DNA of 64,000 bases from Methanobacteriota archaeon (GCA_016874675.1 VGTL01000002.1:9021-73020); one strand, 5' to 3'. Shown: positions 1 to 11,914, counted from the first letter of the stretch. Numbers and translations are program-made. The notes: generated from the letters alone by a model not told the origin.

Positions 1-160
1 GGTGGCCGATACGCAGGACCTCTATCACCGTATTCCCTTCATCACTCCCACAACAACGAACGGCTCGCATACGCTCCCGTTCGTTGTTGACTCGTGCGAC
101 CATCCCTCTCGCCGGGACGGGATGTCCGCACTCGTCTCCAACGGCCTTCGGTCGTTGTAG

Positions 161-233
161 AGCCGCCAGGGGGAGTCGGACCCCCGACCTGCTGCTTACA
201 AGGCAGCCGCTCTACCAGCTGAGCCATGGCGGC
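161..233 (-). tRNA. tRNA-Thr (anticodon TGT)
   Basis: Reverse complement folds as a 73-nt cloverleaf: acceptor GCCGCCA/TGGCGGC, D-arm GCTC..GAGC, anticodon stem GCTGC/GCAGC with loop CTTGTAA, T-arm GGGGG-TCCGACT-CCCCC. CCA not encoded. Confidence 0.8.
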
Positions 234-373
234 ATCGCGGGAGCATATCGGGGCCTCTGAATAAAAGCGTTACTGGGCGCGCGATGGCGCAACCGGGCGG
301 GGAGGGGGCGTTCACCGACCTCCCCTCAGGGTTCTTATACCCGGCGCCGGATACCAACCGGCAAGGTGCCGGC

Positions 374-2338
374 ATGGACCGTTTCCAGCTCGAATCCCAG
401 TTCTCCCCGACGGGGGACCAGCCCGAGGCGGTGGACCGGCTGGCCCGTGGCGTCGAGTCCGGGATGGGGGCCCAGACGCTTTTGGGCATCACCGGCTCGG
501 GCAAGACCTTCACCATGGCCAACGTCATCGCCCGCGTCAACCGGCCGACGCTCGTCATATCGCACAACAAGACGCTCGCGGCCCAGCTCTACTCCGAGTT
601 CCGCTCCTTCTTCCCGAAGAACGCCGTCGAATATTTTGTCTCGTACTACGACTACTACCAGCCGGAGTCCTACCTTCCCGAGACGGACACCTACATCGAA
701 AAGGACACGGATGTCAACGCCGAGATAGAGAAGCTGCGTTATGCGGCCACGGGGGCGCTGATGTCGCGGCGCGACGTCATCATCGTCTCGTCGGTGTCGT
801 GCATCTACGGCCTGGGGATGTCGCTCGAGGACTACAAGGCGATGCACGTCGTGCTCAACAAGGGGGACCGCGTCTTGCGCGAGAAGCTCATGTCGCGCCT
901 CGTGGAGATGCAGTACGAGCGCACGCGGGCCCGGGTGGAGAAGGGGCAGTTCCGCGTCACCGGCGGCGTCATCGACCTCCAGCCGCCCGGCGAGGACGTC
1001 AACCTTCGGATAGAGCTCGAGGGCGACAGGGTCGACCGCCTTTCCCTGGTGGACACGGTCACGGGCGACGTCCTCAAGTCGAAGGACACGCTCTACATCT
1101 ACCCGGCCAAGCACTTCGCCACCCCGCCCGAGAAGGTGGAGGCGGCGCTCGGAACGATAAAGAAGGAGCTGAAGGAGAGGCTCTCGTTCTTCAAGGAGGA
1201 GAAGAAGGTCGTCGAGGCCTACCGTTTGGAGACGAGGACCAACCACGACATGGAGATGATCCGCGAGATGGGCTACTGCTCCGGCATCGAGAACTACTCC
1301 AGGCACTTCACCGGGCGGTCGAAGGGCCAGCCGCCGTACACGCTCATGGACTATTTCCCCCAAGACTACCTGCTCATTATCGACGAGAGCCATGTCACGC
1401 TGCCGCAGATACGCGGGATGCACCGCGGGGACCTTTCGAGGAAGCAGTCGCTGGTCGATTACGGGTTCAGGCTCGAGTCCGCTTTCGACAACAGGCCCCT
1501 GCGGTTCGAGGAGTTCGAAAAGAAGGTCAACACCGTCATATATACCTCGGCGACGCCGGCCGAGTACGAATTGAAGGCCAGCGACCAGGTGGTCGAGCAG
1601 ATCCTGCGCCCGACGGGCCTGCTCGATCCGGCAATCGATGTGCGGCCGACGAAGAACCAGATCGACAATCTGCTGGAGGAGATACATGCCACGGTCGGGC
1701 GGGGCAACCGGGTGCTGGTCACGACGCTCACGAAGAAGATGGCCGAGGACCTCACGGAATACCTGCAGGACAAGGACATCCGGGCGCGCTACCTGCACTC
1801 CGAGATAGACACCCTGGACCGCATAGAGGTCCTGCGGGGCCTGCGGAAGGGGGAGTTCGACGTCCTGGTCGGGATAAATCTGCTGAGGGAGGGCCTCGAC
1901 ATGCCCGTGGTCGAGCTCGTGGCCATCCTGGATGCGGACAAGGAGGGCTTTCTCCGGTCGGAGACCTCGCTCATCCAGACGATTGGCAGGGCCTCGCGCA
2001 ACGAGAACGGTCGCGTCATAATGTACGCCGACCACATCACCCGGTCGATGAAGGCGGCCATCGAGATAACGAGGGGCCGGAGGCGCAAGCAGGAGGCCCA
2101 CAACCGCAGGAAGGGCATAACGCCGAGGACCATAACGCAGACGGGCGAGCTCATGGCGACGGCCCGGAAGGCGGAGATCAGCAAGGAAGGTTTGACGGTC
2201 GCCATGGCCAGGGACATGCTCATAGACCTCGAGCGCGACATGCGCTTCGCCGCCCGGCGGCAGGAGTTCGAGCTGGCGGCGAAGTACCGCGACGAGATAA
2301 AGGGGCTCAGGGAGTGGCTGGAGATTAACGAGGGCTGA
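374..2338 (+). CDS. uvrB: excinuclease ABC subunit B (UvrB)
   Basis: ORF 284..2338. Likely true start is ATG 374 (MDRFQLESQFSPTGDQPEAV, the typical UvrB N-terminus). Helicase motifs GITGSGKTFT and DESH, plus C-terminal UvrB/UvrC interaction motif. Confidence 0.9.
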   Translation: MDRFQLESQFSPTGDQPEAVDRLARGVESGMGAQTLLGITGSGKTFTMANVIARVNRPTLVISHNKTLAAQLYSEFRSFFPKNAVEYFVSYYDYYQPESYLPETDTYIEKDTDVNAEIEKLRYAATGALMSRRDVIIVSSVSCIYGLGMSLEDYKAMHVVLNKGDRVLREKLMSRLVEMQYERTRARVEKGQFRVTGGVIDLQPPGEDVNLRIELEGDRVDRLSLVDTVTGDVLKSKDTLYIYPAKHFATPPEKVEAALGTIKKELKERLSFFKEEKKVVEAYRLETRTNHDMEMIREMGYCSGIENYSRHFTGRSKGQPPYTLMDYFPQDYLLIIDESHVTLPQIRGMHRGDLSRKQSLVDYGFRLESAFDNRPLRFEEFEKKVNTVIYTSATPAEYELKASDQVVEQILRPTGLLDPAIDVRPTKNQIDNLLEEIHATVGRGNRVLVTTLTKKMAEDLTEYLQDKDIRARYLHSEIDTLDRIEVLRGLRKGEFDVLVGINLLREGLDMPVVELVAILDADKEGFLRSETSLIQTIGRASRNENGRVIMYADHITRSMKAAIEITRGRRRKQEAHNRRKGITPRTITQTGELMATARKAEISKEGLTVAMARDMLIDLERDMRFAARRQEFELAAKYRDEIKGLREWLEINEG

Positions 2339-2370
2339 GGGGCGGTATCCGCCCACCCCTCCACAATCCC

Positions 2371-2377
2371 TATATAG
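2371..2377 (+). promoter_or_regulatory. TATA-like box (ccTATATAG) upstream of uvrA
   Basis: AT-rich TATATAG in GC-rich context, 7-22 nt upstream of the candidate uvrA starts (TTG 2384 / GTG 2399). Suggests a leaderless or short-leader transcript. Confidence 0.3.
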
Positions 2378-2383
2378 TGCGTC

Positions 2384-5236
<2,853 letters not shown>

Positions 5237-5240
5237 GGAT

Positions 5241-5262
5241 TGAAGGGGCAAGGGGCAAGGGT
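5241..5262 (+). repeat. GGGGCAA heptad mini-array (G-quadruplex-capable) in uvrA-uvrC junction
   Basis: aaggggcaaggggcaaggg lies between the uvrA stop (TAA 5234..5236) and the uvrC ATG 5264. Same heptad unit as the dispersed repeat family. Doubles as a purine-rich RBS. Confidence 0.6.
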
Positions 5263-5263
5263 T

Positions 5264-7123
5264 ATGACGGGCAGGAGGGACCGCAGGGAAGGACCGCAAA
5301 AGCCCCCGCAGGGGTTCGATGTGAGGGCACGGGCCCGGGAACTGCCCGAGCTGCCCGGCGTCTACCAGTTCCTCGACGCTTCGGGAAAGGTCCTTTACAT
5401 CGGAAAAGCGCGGAACCTGCGGAAGCGGATAGACTCCTACATACGGCCGCACTCGTGGCTCATCCCCGCGATGCTCGAAAGGGCGCGCTCGCTCGATTAT
5501 ACCGTTACGAAGACGGACCGCGAATCCCTCATCCTGGAGGCGTCGATGGTCCGCCACCACAAGCCGAGGTACAACGTGAAGCTCAAGGACGACAAGAGGT
5601 TCCCGTACCTCAAGCTCACGAAGGAGGGGTTCCCCCGCCTGATCCATGTCCGCCGGACCGCCGACGACGGGGCGACCTACTTCGGGCCTTTCACCTTCGG
5701 CCCGATAAACCGGACGATGAGGTTCGTGCGCAGGCTCTTCGGGCTGCGGCCCTGCGCCAGCCTGCTCCCGCGGGGCTGCATCTACGGGGACATGGGGAAC
5801 TGCCTGGCGCCGTGCCGGGGGAAATGCACCCAGAAGGAGTACGCGGAGGCGGTGGGGCAGGCGGCCAGATACCTCTCGGGGGAGCACCGCGCCCTCCTGA
5901 CCGGCCTCGAAGAACGGATGGAGGAGCTCTCCGAGCGGCAGGAATACGAGAAGGCTGCGGCGATCCGGGACCAGATAAGGACCGTATCCAGGCTCGCGGC
6001 GCGGCAGAGGGTGGATTTCCTCGACCCGGCCGACCGCGACGCGATCGTCGTGAGGAGGGCCGGGGCGGAGAGGGCGCTTGCGCTCCACTACTCGATAAGG
6101 GGCGGCATCGTGGTGGCGAAGAAGCACTTCAGCCTCGACGCGCCCGAAGGGTTGGGGCCCGGCGATGTCCTCGAGGGCTTCCTGACGCAGTACTACGGCA
6201 ATGCCTCCCCGCCACCGGAGATAATGATGCCCGCGGCCGTCCCGGGGCGCGCCCTGGTCGAGGACTGGCTCTCCTCGGTGGCGGGGCGCAGGGTGCGCCT
6301 GCTCCTGCCGAAGAAGGGCCCCCGGAGGAGATTGCTCGGGCTTATGGAATCGGACCTCGCCGCGCTGGCGGCCGCGATGGAGGGCGGGAAGCCGAGGGAC
6401 GGAGCCTACGACGAGGCGGCGGCCGAGCTGCAGAAGTGGCTCTGCCTTCCCCGTGTGCCGGAGAGCATCGAGGCCTACGACATATCGACGATCCAGGGGA
6501 CGAGCTCGGTCGGGGCGAAGGTGCGCTTCGAGAACGGCCTGCCGGCGAAGAGCGGGTACCGGAGGTTCAGGATCAAGAGCGTCGCCGGGCAGGACGATTT
6601 CGCCATGATGGGCGAGGTCCTCTCACGGAGGATGGGTCATATGGACGACGACCCCTTGCCGGACCTGATGTTGATCGATGGAGGCAAGGGGCAGCTAGGG
6701 GCGGCGCTAGGAGCGATGAAGAGGGCCGGAGCGAAGGGCGAGGGCGTGAAGGGAGGGGACGCGAATGTGGCGGGCGCCCGGCCGGCCCTGGCCGCGCTTG
6801 CGAAAAGGGAGGAGGAGGTGTTCGTTCCGGGAGAGGAGGCGCCCCTGCCGATTCCCCCCGGGTCGAAGGCGCGGCTCCTGCTCCAGAGGGTCCGGGACGA
6901 GGCGCACCGCTTTGCGGTCGGCTACCACCGCAAGCTCCGATCGAGGGGGCAGACCGGTTCGGCGCTGGACAGGGTCGAGGGGCTGGGCGCGAAGAAGGCG
7001 GCGGCGCTGCTCCGGCGGTTCTCGTCCGTGGCGGGAATACGGGCGGCGTCCGAGGACGAGCTGAGGCAGGTGGAGGGGATCGGGCCGAAACTGGCCAGGC
7101 AGGTCAAGGAAACCCTCGGATAA
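5264..7123 (+). CDS. uvrC: excinuclease ABC subunit C (UvrC)
   Basis: GIY-YIG N-terminal nuclease domain (LPELPGVYQFLDASGKVLYIGKARNLRKRIDSY), UvrB-interacting region, and C-terminal RNaseH-like/HhH domain (GLGAKKAAALLRRFSSVAGIRAASEDEL). ORF track starts at TTG 5240; ATG 5264 is preferred. Confidence 0.9.
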   Translation: MTGRRDRREGPQKPPQGFDVRARARELPELPGVYQFLDASGKVLYIGKARNLRKRIDSYIRPHSWLIPAMLERARSLDYTVTKTDRESLILEASMVRHHKPRYNVKLKDDKRFPYLKLTKEGFPRLIHVRRTADDGATYFGPFTFGPINRTMRFVRRLFGLRPCASLLPRGCIYGDMGNCLAPCRGKCTQKEYAEAVGQAARYLSGEHRALLTGLEERMEELSERQEYEKAAAIRDQIRTVSRLAARQRVDFLDPADRDAIVVRRAGAERALALHYSIRGGIVVAKKHFSLDAPEGLGPGDVLEGFLTQYYGNASPPPEIMMPAAVPGRALVEDWLSSVAGRRVRLLLPKKGPRRRLLGLMESDLAALAAAMEGGKPRDGAYDEAAAELQKWLCLPRVPESIEAYDISTIQGTSSVGAKVRFENGLPAKSGYRRFRIKSVAGQDDFAMMGEVLSRRMGHMDDDPLPDLMLIDGGKGQLGAALGAMKRAGAKGEGVKGGDANVAGARPALAALAKREEEVFVPGEEAPLPIPPGSKARLLLQRVRDEAHRFAVGYHRKLRSRGQTGSALDRVEGLGAKKAAALLRRFSSVAGIRAASEDELRQVEGIGPKLARQVKETLG

Positions 7124-7289
7124 TCCTCCACAATGTATATACGGCGGGGGGCGAATAATTGAGCATGGCCCGGCGAAGGACCCCGGCTCAACGGAAAAAG
7201 GACCAAGACCTGGGCTACATGCTAGTCCGGCCGGAAAGGCTGGACCGCCTGTTCGAGTACTGGGACCTGCACGGATTGGGGCTAAAGGC

Positions 7290-7808
7290 ATGGAAAAAAC
7301 GGCGGGCGCGAAAACCGGGACGGTAGAGCTCTTTCTCGAGCTTGGGAAAGAGGGGCTCCGGTTCCTGGTCACTGGTGGCTTCGCAGCCAATCTTTATGGC
7401 GTGGAGAGGGCGACCTACGACATCGACCTCGCCATCTCGCCCGAGCCGGCAGCGATCACCGGCTTGATTTCAGCTTTGCGCCGAGCTGGATATACGGAGG
7501 TTGTCAACATCAACTCGGGAAAGAGAATCGCCGTCCTCAAGGATATCGCGCCGGAGAGGATAATGGAGATGGAATCCGTCCGCATAAGGAACAGGAAGGA
7601 GGTCGATGTGTTGATCGTTCCCTCGGCGCAGTTCGAGTACCTCTGGGAATACAGGTTGGAAATCGACTACGCGGGCACAAAGATCCCCTTGCCCAACCCA
7701 ATGGACCTTGTTCACATGAAGGAGCAGTCGTCCCGACGGGTCGACCGGGAGGATGCGAAGCGGCTCAGGCATCTTATCGGGTCGAAGAAAAAGCAGGCGG
7801 GACGATGA
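7290..7808 (+). CDS. uncharacterized nucleotidyltransferase-fold protein
   Basis: 172 aa. N-terminal segment LRFLVTGGFAANLYGVERATYDIDLAI resembles the GG...D.D motif of minimal nucleotidyltransferases. No recognisable partner gene. Confidence 0.4.
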   Translation: MEKTAGAKTGTVELFLELGKEGLRFLVTGGFAANLYGVERATYDIDLAISPEPAAITGLISALRRAGYTEVVNINSGKRIAVLKDIAPERIMEMESVRIRNRKEVDVLIVPSAQFEYLWEYRLEIDYAGTKIPLPNPMDLVHMKEQSSRRVDREDAKRLRHLIGSKKKQAGR

Positions 7809-7898
7809 AGCCATCCCGCCCGATGGCAATCGGGTAGACCGCCCACAGACCTTTCTCCGACAGATAGCCTTAAGAATGCACCCCGCCATCAATGCGGC

Positions 7899-8654
7899 GT
7901 GTCCAAGCGCTGGTTCCGGGAGAAAAAGCGCGAGCACTTCTACAAGCTAGCCAAGAAGGAGCACTACCGCTCCCGCGCGGCCTACAAGCTCAAGCAGATA
8001 CAGGGCCGGTTCAACGTGATTCACTATGATTTCCTGGTCGTCGACCTGGGCGCATCCCCGGGCGGCTGGTCCCAGGTGGCGGCCGGGATAGCCGGCCGCA
8101 ACGGGAAGGTGGTCGCCATCGACCGGGCACGCATGAAGCCCGTGGAGGACGTCTTGGTCCTGCGCGGGGACATGACCAAGGACGAGACCGTGGCCGCGCT
8201 GTTCCGGGCCCTCGGGGGCCGGAAGGCGGACGTGGTGCTTTCGGACATGTCCCCGGACATCTCCGGGAACTACTCCATCGACCACGCCCGGTCAATCGAG
8301 CTTTGCGGGACCGCCCTGGCCTTCGCCCGCCGGGCCCTTCGCCCCGGGGGCAACCTCGTGGTCAAGGCCTTCCAGGGAGACCTCTTCGGCCGCTTCCTGG
8401 CCGCGGTCCGCCAAGACTTCAGAAACGTCCACGCCTTCCACCCGGAGGCCTCCCGCCCCTCGAGCTCGGAGATATACGTTGTCGCCAAGGGATACGGCAT
8501 GGAGGGCGATGGGGGGAAGGCGCGGGGCGCAGGGCGCAGGGCGCAAGGGAAGGAGCAAGGCGCAGGGCGCAAGGCGCAAGGGAAGGAGCAAGGGGCAAGG
8601 GGCAAGGGGCAAGGGATGGACGGAGGATTTCGGGAAAGGGCTGAGGAGGAATAG
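7899..8654 (+). CDS. rlmE: 23S rRNA (uridine-2-prime-O)-methyltransferase RlmE/FtsJ, with repeat-encoded low-complexity C-terminal tail
   Basis: N-terminus SKRWFREKKREHFYKLAKKEHYRSRAAYKL and SAM-binding VVDLGASPGGWSQV with K-D-K-E residues are typical FtsJ. GTG start. The last ~50 aa (GKARGAGRRAQGKEQGAGRKAQGKEQGARGKGQG...) are encoded by the heptad array. Confidence 0.85.
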   Translation: MSKRWFREKKREHFYKLAKKEHYRSRAAYKLKQIQGRFNVIHYDFLVVDLGASPGGWSQVAAGIAGRNGKVVAIDRARMKPVEDVLVLRGDMTKDETVAALFRALGGRKADVVLSDMSPDISGNYSIDHARSIELCGTALAFARRALRPGGNLVVKAFQGDLFGRFLAAVRQDFRNVHAFHPEASRPSSSEIYVVAKGYGMEGDGGKARGAGRRAQGKEQGAGRKAQGKEQGARGKGQGMDGGFRERAEEE

Positions 8655-8745
8655 GCCCCCGCTTCCCCCCTTGCTCCTTGCACCTTGACCCTTGCGCCTC
8701 CAGCCTTGCGCCTTGCGCCTTGCGCCTTGCGCCTTGATATTGCCC
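8515..8745 (+). repeat. heptad-array hairpin repeat (G-rich arm 8515..8627, C-rich complementary arm 8665..8745)
   Basis: Tandem GCGCAGG / GCGCAAG / GGGGCAA heptads, followed after a ~40-nt spacer by the complementary CCTTGCG / CCTTGCC heptads. Can form a very long imperfect hairpin. The G-rich arm contains a (G4 CAA)x3 GGG G-quadruplex motif at 8592..8615. Confidence 0.85.
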
Positions 8746-8756
8746 AAGCGCAATGC

Positions 8757-8763
8757 TTTTAAA
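8757..8763 (+). promoter_or_regulatory. TATA-like box (TTTTAAA) upstream of the L18e operon
   Basis: Only AT-rich heptamer between the repeat arm and the rpl18e ATG 8831. Confidence 0.25.
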
Positions 8764-8830
8764 CCCTTCCCGCGTTAGGGACACTTCACCGAGAGAAAGC
8801 CCGAGAGAAACGGGAAGGCGAGTGCGACCG

Positions 8831-9202
8831 ATGGGTAAAAGCAAGCTTGGGGGCAAGACCAGCGACGTCGTCAGGACGACGATAGAGGAGCTCAGGCTCG
8901 TCTCGAGGGCCAAGGGCGCCCCGGTCTGGCGGACCGTGGCGGACCGGCTCGAGCGGCCCCTCAGGAACTGGGCCGAGGTCAACCTGGACAAGGCCTCCGC
9001 CAGCCTCAAGGAGGGCGAGCTCGGCGTCGTCCCCGGCCGCGTCCTGGGCGGCGGCTCCGCCCGCAGGGGCCTCCAGATCGCCGCGTTCGGGTTCTCCAAG
9101 GGGGCCCGGGAGAAGCTTCTGGCCGCCGGCGGGAGGGCGATGAGCCTCACGGAGGCCGCGGACTCGAACCCCAAGGGCACCAATGTCAGGATTCTGGGGT
9201 GA
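8831..9202 (+). CDS. rpl18e: 50S ribosomal protein L18e (eL18)
   Basis: MGKSKLGGKTSDVVRTTIEELRLVSRAKGAPVWRTVADRLERP is the typical L18e N-terminus. ORF 8753 includes an upstream GTG/TTG extension; ATG 8831 is preferred. Confidence 0.85.
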   Translation: MGKSKLGGKTSDVVRTTIEELRLVSRAKGAPVWRTVADRLERPLRNWAEVNLDKASASLKEGELGVVPGRVLGGGSARRGLQIAAFGFSKGAREKLLAAGGRAMSLTEAADSNPKGTNVRILG

Positions 9203-9206
9203 CCGG

Positions 9207-9617
9207 ATGACGTTCATCGACGCCGACGGAGCGGTCCTGGGGAGGCTCGCCAGCGAGGTGGCCAAGCGCATCCTCAAGGGCGAGGAGATAACGGTCGTGA
9301 ACGCCGAGAAGGCGCTGGTCACCGGCTCCCGGGAAGACGTCTTGGACCACTACAAGGAGCAGAGGTTCATCGGGAGCACCCGCAAGGGGCCCTATTTCCC
9401 GAGGATGCCCGACCGCATCCTGCGGCGGACGGTCCGGGGAATGCTCCCTTTCAGGCAGCACCGGGGCCGCAGCGCCTACAAGCGGCTCAGGGTTTTCATC
9501 GGGGTCCCCCGGGAGCTTGGCAAGGTCCAGGCGGAGAAGGCGGGCGCCCGCCTCCTCCGGAACCCCCGGTTCATGGAGCTGGGCGAGGTCTCCCGCCTGC
9601 TGGGAGCGAAGTTCTGA
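9207..9617 (+). CDS. rpl13: 50S ribosomal protein L13 (uL13)
   Basis: [36 protein letters not shown] is the canonical archaeal L13 start. Located 4 nt after the L18e stop. Confidence 0.9.
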   Translation: MTFIDADGAVLGRLASEVAKRILKGEEITVVNAEKALVTGSREDVLDHYKEQRFIGSTRKGPYFPRMPDRILRRTVRGMLPFRQHRGRSAYKRLRVFIGVPRELGKVQAEKAGARLLRNPRFMELGEVSRLLGAKF

Positions 9618-9627
9618 GGTGCGATGC

Positions 9628-10041
9628 ATGCCGTCCAAGACAGTCCAGGCAGTCGTTGCGACCGGGCGCCGCAAGACCGCGCTCGCCCGGGCCACGGTGA
9701 CCAAGGGCACCGGGAGGATAAGGGTGAACCGCATCCCGCTTGACATATACCGGCCGGAGCTCGCGAGGCTGCGCATCGCCGAGCCGCTGCACATCGCCGG
9801 GGCCGCCGTCAGGAAGGTGGACATCGAGGTCGCCGTCAGCGGCGGCGGTGTCATGGGGCAGGCCTCCGCCGCCCGCACCGCCATTGCCCGCGGCCTCGTC
9901 CGCTTCCTCGACGACAAGGAGCTCGACGACACCTTCCGGCTGTTCGACCGGAGCATCATGGTCAACGACGTGCGCCAGAAGGAGCCCAAGCACCAGCTGG
10001 GCCGGGGCGCACGGAAGAAGCGCCAGAAATCGTACAGATGA
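9628..10041 (+). CDS. rps9: 30S ribosomal protein S9 (uS9)
   Basis: [34 protein letters not shown] and C-terminal KKRQKSYR are typical S9. Confidence 0.9.
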   Translation: MPSKTVQAVVATGRRKTALARATVTKGTGRIRVNRIPLDIYRPELARLRIAEPLHIAGAAVRKVDIEVAVSGGGVMGQASAARTAIARGLVRFLDDKELDDTFRLFDRSIMVNDVRQKEPKHQLGRGARKKRQKSYR

Positions 10042-10050
10042 GGGGAGACA

Positions 10051-10242
10051 ATGATAATACCGGTGCGCTGCTTCACCTGCGGCAAGGTGATTGGGTCGTC
10101 CTACGAGGCGTACAAGAAGCGCCTGGAGCTCGGCGAGAAGCCCAAGGAGGTCCTGGACTCGCTGGGCATCAACCGGTACTGCTGCCGCAGGATGATAATC
10201 TCCCACGCCGACCTCATAGACGACGTCATGCCCTACAGCTGA
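10051..10242 (+). CDS. rpoN: DNA-directed RNA polymerase subunit N (RpoN/Rpb10)
   Basis: 63 aa: [25 protein letters not shown]...YCCRRM. Carries the Rpb10 zinc-binding CxxC...CC motif. Confidence 0.9.
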   Translation: MIIPVRCFTCGKVIGSSYEAYKKRLELGEKPKEVLDSLGINRYCCRRMIISHADLIDDVMPYS

Positions 10243-10333
10243 GCGGCGGGCCCCCGGGCCCGCCGGCACGGACGGCACCGGCCCGGCCCGGCCGGGCGGG
10301 CGGCCGTCCCGAGACCGCAAGGGGGAACGGAAG

Positions 10334-10882
10334 ATGCCCACGAACGTGGAGCTGGTAAAGAAGGTCTGCCTTATTGGCGACCCCGGGGTGGGCAAGACCA
10401 GCCTCATCCGGCGCTTCGTGCTGGACCAGTTCTCCGACGACTACCTGTCCACCATCGGCGCCAAGGTGACCAAGAAGGAGAAGCTCATAGACATCAAGGA
10501 GCACGACCTGCGGGTCCACCTCAACCTGATGATCTGGGACGTCGCCGGCCAGAAGGAGTACCAGCAGTTCCACGAGATGTACCTCAAGGGCATGGAGGGC
10601 GTCCTGGCGGTCTGCGACCTCTCGCGGCGAAACACCTTCGAGCGGCTCAAGGACTCGCTTCGGCTCGTCGAGAAGCACGCCGGGAGCATCCCGGTCGTCT
10701 TCATGCTCAACAAGGCCGACCTGGTCGACCTCCCGGCCTTGGACCTGAGGGAGGTCAACGCCCTGGCCTCACAGCGGGGCATACCGGTCCTGCCCACGAG
10801 CGCCAAGACCGGGCAGAACGTCGAATCCTCCTTCAGCAAGCTGACGATGATGATAATTCGGGACTGGCTGGCGACGAAATAG
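10334..10882 (+). CDS. Ras-superfamily small GTPase (Rab/Ras-like, all five G motifs)
   Basis: G1 GDPGVGKTSL, G2 T in STIGA, G3 WDVAGQ, G4 NKAD, G5 SAK. 182 aa. RBS GGGGGAA before ATG. Immediately follows rpoN, in the position normally held by rpoK/eno/rps2. Confidence 0.8.
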   Translation: MPTNVELVKKVCLIGDPGVGKTSLIRRFVLDQFSDDYLSTIGAKVTKKEKLIDIKEHDLRVHLNLMIWDVAGQKEYQQFHEMYLKGMEGVLAVCDLSRRNTFERLKDSLRLVEKHAGSIPVVFMLNKADLVDLPALDLREVNALASQRGIPVLPTSAKTGQNVESSFSKLTMMIIRDWLATK

Positions 10883-10898
10883 CGGCCGCGCCGGTGCC

Positions 10899-11909
10899 TC
10901 AGGAGGCCCTGGGGCCGGAGCTCTTCCACCCCTTCGGGTAGGTCCCCGTCGGCATGAGGATTCTCTGGGGCGTGACGGCGATTCCCTGGTTGGTCTCCAT
11001 CATGGCCTCGGAGGCCATCTCGGCGGTGCCCAGGGCGACGCCCTCGCCCTTGGCGGTGAGCACCGCCACCCGGTCCCCCTTCGCTATCCCGCTGTCGAGG
11101 GCCACGAGCCCCGGGACCGCCAGCCGGGCCCCGTGGCACACGGCGTCCACCGCCCCGTCGCGGATGACCACCGCCGGGAGGTGCGAGAGGAGGGCCTCCA
11201 TGGGCCGCACTGCCGCCCGGAGCGGCCCCTCCTCATGGTCCTCCTTCCAGAACACGAAGGCGTCCTTGAGGTCGTGGAGCGTCACGGCCTCCCTCTCGAC
11301 GAAGCGGGCGGTCCTGGTGCGCCGGAGCTCCTGCATGTGGGCGCCCACGCCCAGAACCTCGCCGACGTCGGCGCAGAGGGTGCGGATGTAGGTGCCGGCC
11401 TGGCAGGCCGCCGAGAAGAGCACGTCCCGCCCGTCCACCTCGAGCACCGCGAGCCTGTACACCCGCCGGCTCCTCTGCTGGCGCTTTACCGCCGACCGCA
11501 GGGGCGGCACCTGGAAGATCTCGTCTTCGAACTCCGATAGCACCGAGCGGACCTTGTCCTCGCGCACGTCCTTGTGGAGCTTCATGTAGCAGACGTACTC
11601 CTTGCTCGCGTATAGCAGCGAGCCCACCGCCTTGGTGGCCTGGTCCAGCGTGACCGGCAGCACGCCCGTGACGTTGGGGTCCAGCGTGCCCCCGTGGCCG
11701 GCCCGGGGGACGCCCAGAAGGTCCCGCGCCCAGGCCGCCACCTGGTGGCTGGTCGGCCCGGCCGGCTTGTCCAAGACGACCACGCCCAGGCGGAGCAGGG
11801 CCTCGGCGCAGCGCTTCCCGGGCTCGGCGCCGAAGGCCGGGTCGGACGAAAAATCCGCCCTGACCAGCCGCCGGCGGTTGACGAACGAGGGGTCGGTGGT
11901 CTCGGGCAT
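10899..11909 (-). CDS. cbf5: tRNA/rRNA pseudouridine synthase Cbf5 (TruB family, H/ACA RNP catalytic subunit) with PUA domain
   Basis: TruB catalytic motif GHGGTLDPNVTGVLPV and C-terminal PUA region. ORF track extends the start to 12182, but that extension overlaps cmk and is low-complexity. ATG 11909 (MPETTDP) is chosen. Confidence 0.85.
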   Translation of the reverse strand: MPETTDPSFVNRRRLVRADFSSDPAFGAEPGKRCAEALLRLGVVVLDKPAGPTSHQVAAWARDLLGVPRAGHGGTLDPNVTGVLPVTLDQATKAVGSLLYASKEYVCYMKLHKDVREDKVRSVLSEFEDEIFQVPPLRSAVKRQQRSRRVYRLAVLEVDGRDVLFSAACQAGTYIRTLCADVGEVLGVGAHMQELRRTRTARFVEREAVTLHDLKDAFVFWKEDHEEGPLRAAVRPMEALLSHLPAVVIRDGAVDAVCHGARLAVPGLVALDSGIAKGDRVAVLTAKGEGVALGTAEMASEAMMETNQGIAVTPQRILMPTGTYPKGWKSSGPRAS

Positions 11910-11914
11910 CGTCG

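Noticed and set aside
7165-7326. 53-aa ORF (MARRRTPAQRKKDQDLGYMLVRPERLDRLFEYWDLHGLGLKAWKKRRARKPGR) overlapping the start of the nucleotidyltransferase-like gene; possible frameshifted N-terminus or antitoxin
   Set aside because: The 7290 ORF already begins at the expected position relative to its nucleotidyltransferase motif. The small ORF has no recognisable fold and is basic low complexity, probably spurious.
8515-8745. Heptad arrays as a CRISPR array
   Set aside because: Units are 7 nt in direct tandem without spacers of uniform length. No repeat-spacer periodicity of 25-50 nt and no cas genes.
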